DNA of 64,000 nt, taken from the NCBI GenBank assembly GCA_012295275.1, contig CM022676.1, positions 16,058,001 through 16,122,000 on the forward strand, given 5' to 3'. Positions within the stretch are counted from its first letter, which is position 1, and every line of letters starts with the position of its first letter. This DNA is from Chrysomallon squamiferum (lineage: Eukaryota > Animalia > Mollusca). A model generated the notes under the pieces. The model was not told the origin of the DNA. It saw only the letters and a list, made by a program, of their open reading frames with translations, and made no database searches. This document shows, piece after piece, positions 58,504 through 64,000 of the stretch. A program made the position numbers and the translations under genes.

Positions 58504-59038
58504 AATATTTGTGTCAGAGTTTTCTGTTGCCATATAGCTGCTAAGATTTCTCTGTGAAATTACAACGTAAATTAAATACATATTTTTTACTGAAATAACG
58601 AACTGTCTAGAAGCCAGTCCATCAGCTGGTTCGAAAATGGTAATAATTATAAAGCTGTTTCGTCGTTTTGTGTCCTGTTTCAGACAATATCAGACTGAAA
58701 AACTCAGATACTGACGTTGTCATGACAGGTGGTTGGAAAATATATATGTGTTAACTCATTCTTCTGAATCAAACAAGTAACAGACCAGTAGAGGAACCGA
58801 ATAAGATATATTCATTGTTCTGAGGTGATAAATTATTTTATATCTGGTTGTAAAATTAAATTTCCTTAAAATGTTATTTTTCTTTTCCTTGAATAATATT
58901 TCAGTGAAGGAGCAAAGATCGTTACACACTTTGGAGAAGGTTCTGGTCCAATATGGTTAAACAATCTTTAGTGTGAAGGAAATGAAAGATCTGTTGAACA
59001 CTGTCGTTTTCCTGGTTTCAGAAACTATTACTGTAGTC

Positions 59039-59112
<74 letters not shown>

Positions 59113-59348
59113 GAAGGAGATAAGTTCATTAGGCAGTGTAATATATCTGAACGACATATTTTTAATGTAAGTAATTTAGATTTTTATTAAAGTAATAACT
59201 TGGTTATCCCTTGACTGATTTCGTTCTTAATTATTTTAAGTCAGGTTTCCAGAAAATCGTAAATAACGTAGTTGCATTTATTTTGCTTTATATCATAAGA
59301 AATTTTCTATATACAGAAACAAATCACATAGCACTTGTGTTAATATGG

Positions 59349-59416
<68 letters not shown>

Positions 59417-59527
59417 ACTGTCACCATTTGAAATCGGCCAATATCCATCCCAGTGTACTAAAATCCTAGGTATGATGACGAGCTGATTAAACATTGTCAC
59501 CGTCAATTGTATTTTATTATTTCTTTT

Positions 59528-59570
<43 letters not shown>

Positions 59571-59743
59571 CGAAGCATTATCCTATACAAGATCTCAGTT
59601 TGGACAAGGCAGTGCACCTGTTTGGCTTGATGGACTTGACTGTAAGGGAGATGAAGAAAGTGTAGACTATTGTTCATTCTCTACTTGGGGTGATAACAAC
59701 TGCAGTCATCATCAAGACGGGGGAATCAGCTGTTTGAATCGCT
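55400..59743 (+). pseudogene. Gene 3: SRCR receptor pseudogene, inverted paralog of gene 2
   Basis: Exons: signal peptide 55400-55466 (MRTDILFFCFLYINIFILRSST); X-A 56014-56158; X-B 56526-56695 with TGA at 56659-56661 replacing Cys; Y-A 57852-57996; Y-B 58195-58273 truncated; W-B 58905-~59040 with TAG 58969-58971, a 4-codon deletion and a (TA)n insertion; Z-B 59568-59743 with its acceptor AG lost. Confidence 0.88.
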
Positions 59744-59785
59744 GTAAGTAGTGAAATATAGAAGTTAACATTTACTGCACAGACA

Positions 59786-61418
59786 GTTCAGTGTGACAAA
59801 CTAAATCAGCTTCGAATTTTTTCCACTCCGGTTGCTTCTATTTTTCTTTTCTTTCTGCTGTTTTCTCCGACGTCCACAGAAATTTTCTATGTTTTCGGTT
59901 TGCACGTTGAGATTAGAGTTGAAGTTCTGGCTTGGAAAGTGTGTGTGTGGCATGGTGTGTGCGTGTGCGCGTGTTTTGTCAGTCTCGCAGTCACACCTAC
60001 AAATGCACACACACGCATATAGACACATATTCACTGTATGTATTGTGATTGTTGCGTGTAAGTTTCTGAGTATTTACAGGTGTCATCGCCAGGCTGAGTA
60101 TATTCACATTCATATAGAGATATATAAAAACGTTAGACATACATCTACACATATATACGTGTCTGTTTTTGTCTATGTATGTGTATATAAATTAAAATTA
60201 CATTAATGTTTAAATTTGATTTGTATAAATTAAATTGTTAATACCATATCTATAGTTTAAAACATATCAAATTGTACAGAGAATTGTTACAGCCATTTAT
60301 TGTTTTATCAGTGTATAAATGTACAGGTCAAGAACTCTCCATAACAGACATTTACCTTTGTATAGGTATATATATATATATCCTTTATTGCAGTCGATTA
60401 TGCCCACCTGCGTGTGTTTGTGCTACATTACCATTAGATTCTCCAAAGCATTTCCATTTATTGTCCGCTATTTTTAGTGAGTTTTGTATTCGAGGTCGAA
60501 TCTGAATAAAAATTCTCTGAATGGAACATTTGAAGTCTTTTCTTTGTGCTACTTGTACGAAACTTACCTCGTATTGTGAAAGAAGAAGCATTTAGTATCA
60601 ATCAAAAGCTTATTGATCTTTTATCTCTCTTTGTGTAAGCAAAAACGTTTATATTGGATATTACAAATGACATTACACGACAGAAATTTTGTTTTGTCTA
60701 GTTTATGTGCAGCGTGTGAAAGGTGTATCGCGAACGTTGGTCACACACTACAAATAAAATATACAAAACAAAAATGATGTCGTGTAATGTCATTTATAAT
60801 ATCCAATATAAAGGTTTTTGCTTCTAGAAATCGGGAGAAAAGGTTTATGAAAAACTTCTGTAGCAGCAGACACGTTTCAGAACTAACAGCTGTGTTTCGT
60901 CTCTTAAAGCACAGAGAAAGGGAAGATTTAACCCTCTGTCTGAGAGAGAAGTCAACAGCGTGTTTATTCCGAACCACGCGGAGTCTTACAATACGACTGA
61001 TGAAATCCATTCTCCTCACCCAGAACTTCCTGAATTGTGTTACACCTCCCCAAAACACTCCCCCCTGTAAATACGCAAGCCTATACTTTTAAATAGAATT
61101 TAAAACATACCATCACAAATGTTCGATAACTGTGAAGACGATGACCGTAAATATACATGGTTCATGTAACTACTGTTATAAGAATATGGTATACAAAATG
61201 TAAGAGGTCACTTACTGACATATAAAATGTATCTATATGTCATATCACACACCGGCGTCACCCTTCACCTAACAGGTTTCAAGAACAACAAGTCGAGTTG
61301 TATTAAGATTTAAACTCAAAACTTTTTTCTGTATTTACGGTATTTGATTCATGGACTCTAAACACGTTTCTATAATTATTATTATATTTATTATTTTTTA
61401 ATATTATTTTTGTTATTG

Positions 61419-61453
<35 letters not shown>

Positions 61454-61944
61454 TCTTTGGTTGTTTGTATCGATCTTTTAAATCACTAATGTCAGACGTT
61501 TTGTATTGTACTTTTCTTTTAAATATGAATATAATATTTGGATGTCAGCCATGTTGTTGTACATTTTTTATGGTAATATTTTGAAGTAACCCAGCTCTAG
61601 AATAATCGAACGTTATATCGAAGAGAACAGTTCTTTGTGAATGTATGAGTGTCTTGTATGTGTGTATGCACATCTGTGTGACTGAGTAGTAGTCTTTGAC
61701 AGACATATTTTTAATCATAATTTTGTTTTCTGTGTAGTGAATTATATAATATTCACACAATGCTCATTTTTAAATGCACATTTAAAGCAGCATGTCTGCT
61801 ACATTTTATAGCAATAAAGCCATGATATTACAGTAACATTTATTGAGCTGTAATGTACATTAGGTTTATAAATTCATATTCTTACGGTTCTTGAATGTTT
61901 AGCTGATTAGTGTCAGAAAATGGGGGCAACTACGGATCATTATG

Positions 61945-61994
<50 letters not shown>

Positions 61995-62019
61995 CGTTAC
62001 CATTATTAAAATATTATTA

Positions 62020-62057
<38 letters not shown>

Positions 62058-63143
62058 TACTTATATATTTATTTGTTTCTTTAAATCATTGACGTCAGAC
62101 ATTTTGTATTTTATTTGTTGTTGTTATAATATTTGGACCTCAGCCAACTGCTTTTGTATATATTTTATGGCAGTATTTGGACGTAAGCCAGCTCTACAAT
62201 AATGGAAAGTTTCGTAGAAGAGAACAGTTCTATGTGAATGTATGCATGTTTTCGTATGTGTGTAAGCGCATATAACAAATGAGAGATAAACAGAGAAATA
62301 TATATTATTTGTCATTATATTTTACTTTCCGTGAGAATTTGTTACAACTTAACTAGATCTATATCTATACCTTTACGTTTTATACATTAAATATTTAATT
62401 CATACCTGAAATTCATGCCCTGTAAGTGACATCAACACCACAGACACTGTTAGCAACAGCAGCAATCTAACCACCACATCGTGTACCATGATGTTTTGTC
62501 ACTTTAAAACAAAATAATAAGAATAGTTTTAATTTTACTATTTTAGTTTTTACTTTTATTCAAAACCAAAACTGATTATAATATTTACATTCAGTATTAG
62601 ATTTTAGATTTAGACTTAGGATAATATTTTATTGATATAATTTGTTTTGAATGTGGGAATACAATGTTTGTGATATGTTGTATTTTGTTCTTTCTGGCTT
62701 CACTTGAAAAATGCATTCATATTTATTTCTGAGTTGTAACTGCGTTTATTTGACATACTGCTTATTGATGTCCAGCAGAGCGGAATGTTTGACTGATTCA
62801 GAAAAGTATTCGAAAAACCAGTTTGTAATAAGCTGTTGGCAAACATCGAGCTGTCCTACTTTGGCGTGCGATCTACAATTGAAAGGGCGATGATAAAGGA
62901 AATTTCAGTTTATAGTAGAGATGTGAAGTTATACTTTAACAGTATGATACAAATATAAGAACAGTATTTCCAGGCTACTTGGTCATTAAGAAATGTATAA
63001 TAAAACGCCATTTTAAAATTATCTTCAAACAAAAATATAATTATTTTCTCTGTGACTTGTTCAATGGTATATAAAGTGTTTTAAATGTAGACGCTGTGCC
63101 AAATAATTAAATACATAATTCAGATTCCTAATGACTGCAATTA

Positions 63144-63180
<37 letters not shown>

Positions 63181-64000
63181 TATTATTATTATTATTTTCA
63201 TTGTCATTATTATTATTATTATTATTATTGTTCTTATTATCATTACTGTTATTATTATTATTATCCATATTACTATTATTATTTGATTTTCACGGTAAAC
63301 GAAGGGAAACCTGACATCAAAGATTTGCTATTTAATTTTCTGAAATACTCTTCACCTTTGCCTCTTTTCATGATTTCAATTTCCTGTGAATATAATTAAT
63401 TGAATTTTAATGCCAAATGCATTTTACTTGTGTTCAGTCCTGTCTAATAATAACAGAAGAAGAAGAAGAAGAAGAAGAAGCAGAAAAGGAGCAAAAAGAA
63501 GATAACATTTAACGATAATGTTTATGATTTAAATTTGCTGTGAATCTAATTCACAGAATTTGAATATGTGATGTATTTCATTGGTTTGTCGATAAGCGAT
63601 GTTCGTTCCAGTCTATTAATAACTCAAGAACATGAAGAAAACAACGCTCAAATAATTAGATTTATCTGATTACATTTATTATCTTTATCTTCATTTTATA
63701 TAGTACATTATTGTTGTTGTTGTCTTTCTCGTTATTATTGTTATTCAGCTGTTAGTATTATTTATCTTGAATGTTCATAAAGGTAAATGATTTTATATTT
63801 TCGTATTTATTTCTCCACTTAAGCGCTGAGATTGTATTAACAATACATTTTTCATATCATAGTGAATAAGATCCGAGTATACCTCTGCGTAATTCGTGCA
63901 GCAGTGACAGACTATTTTTATTTTACGTAAATACGCAGCAAATGTGTACTTGCTATGTTGGTTATGTCAGTATCGTCTCAGCATCAATACATATCTGAAA
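59786..64000 (+). repeat. Recent direct segmental duplication of 29154-33588
   Basis: Collinear near-identical sequence from GTTCAGTGTGACAAA to CATCAATACATATCTGAAA, with several indels. Confidence 0.93.

Overview
AT-rich eukaryotic (animal) genomic DNA with many introns and microsatellites. An invertebrate, possibly a mollusc, is my inference from composition and Ig cysteine patterns only. The ORF track is mostly noise; the real genes emerge by splicing short GT-AG exons. The window holds a cluster of three paralogous scavenger-receptor cysteine-rich (SRCR, group A, 6 Cys) receptor genes. Gene 1 (+, 3919-26765, 5' end not seen) splices into a type I membrane receptor: 5 SRCR - (Ig-Ig-FN3)x2 - TM - short tail with an ITAM-like YDNL-x12-YEVL motif; its second FN3 exon carries a +1 frameshift. 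Gene 2 (-, 52815 to 46488) has a signal peptide and 4 intact SRCR domains and runs into a 200-N gap. Gene 3 (+, 55400-59743) is a head-to-head inverted paralog that is now a pseudogene. Every intact SRCR domain is split into an A half-exon (phase 1 to 2) and a B half-exon (phase 2 to 1). Four domain types, labelled here W, X, Y and Z, occur in different orders in the three genes, and one domain is a visible half-domain chimera. Also present: a 2-kb 32-bp minisatellite inside a cytoplasmic-tail intron, two Tc1/mariner-superfamily remnants, and several multi-kb segmental duplications. All exon calls are manual predictions without transcript evidence.
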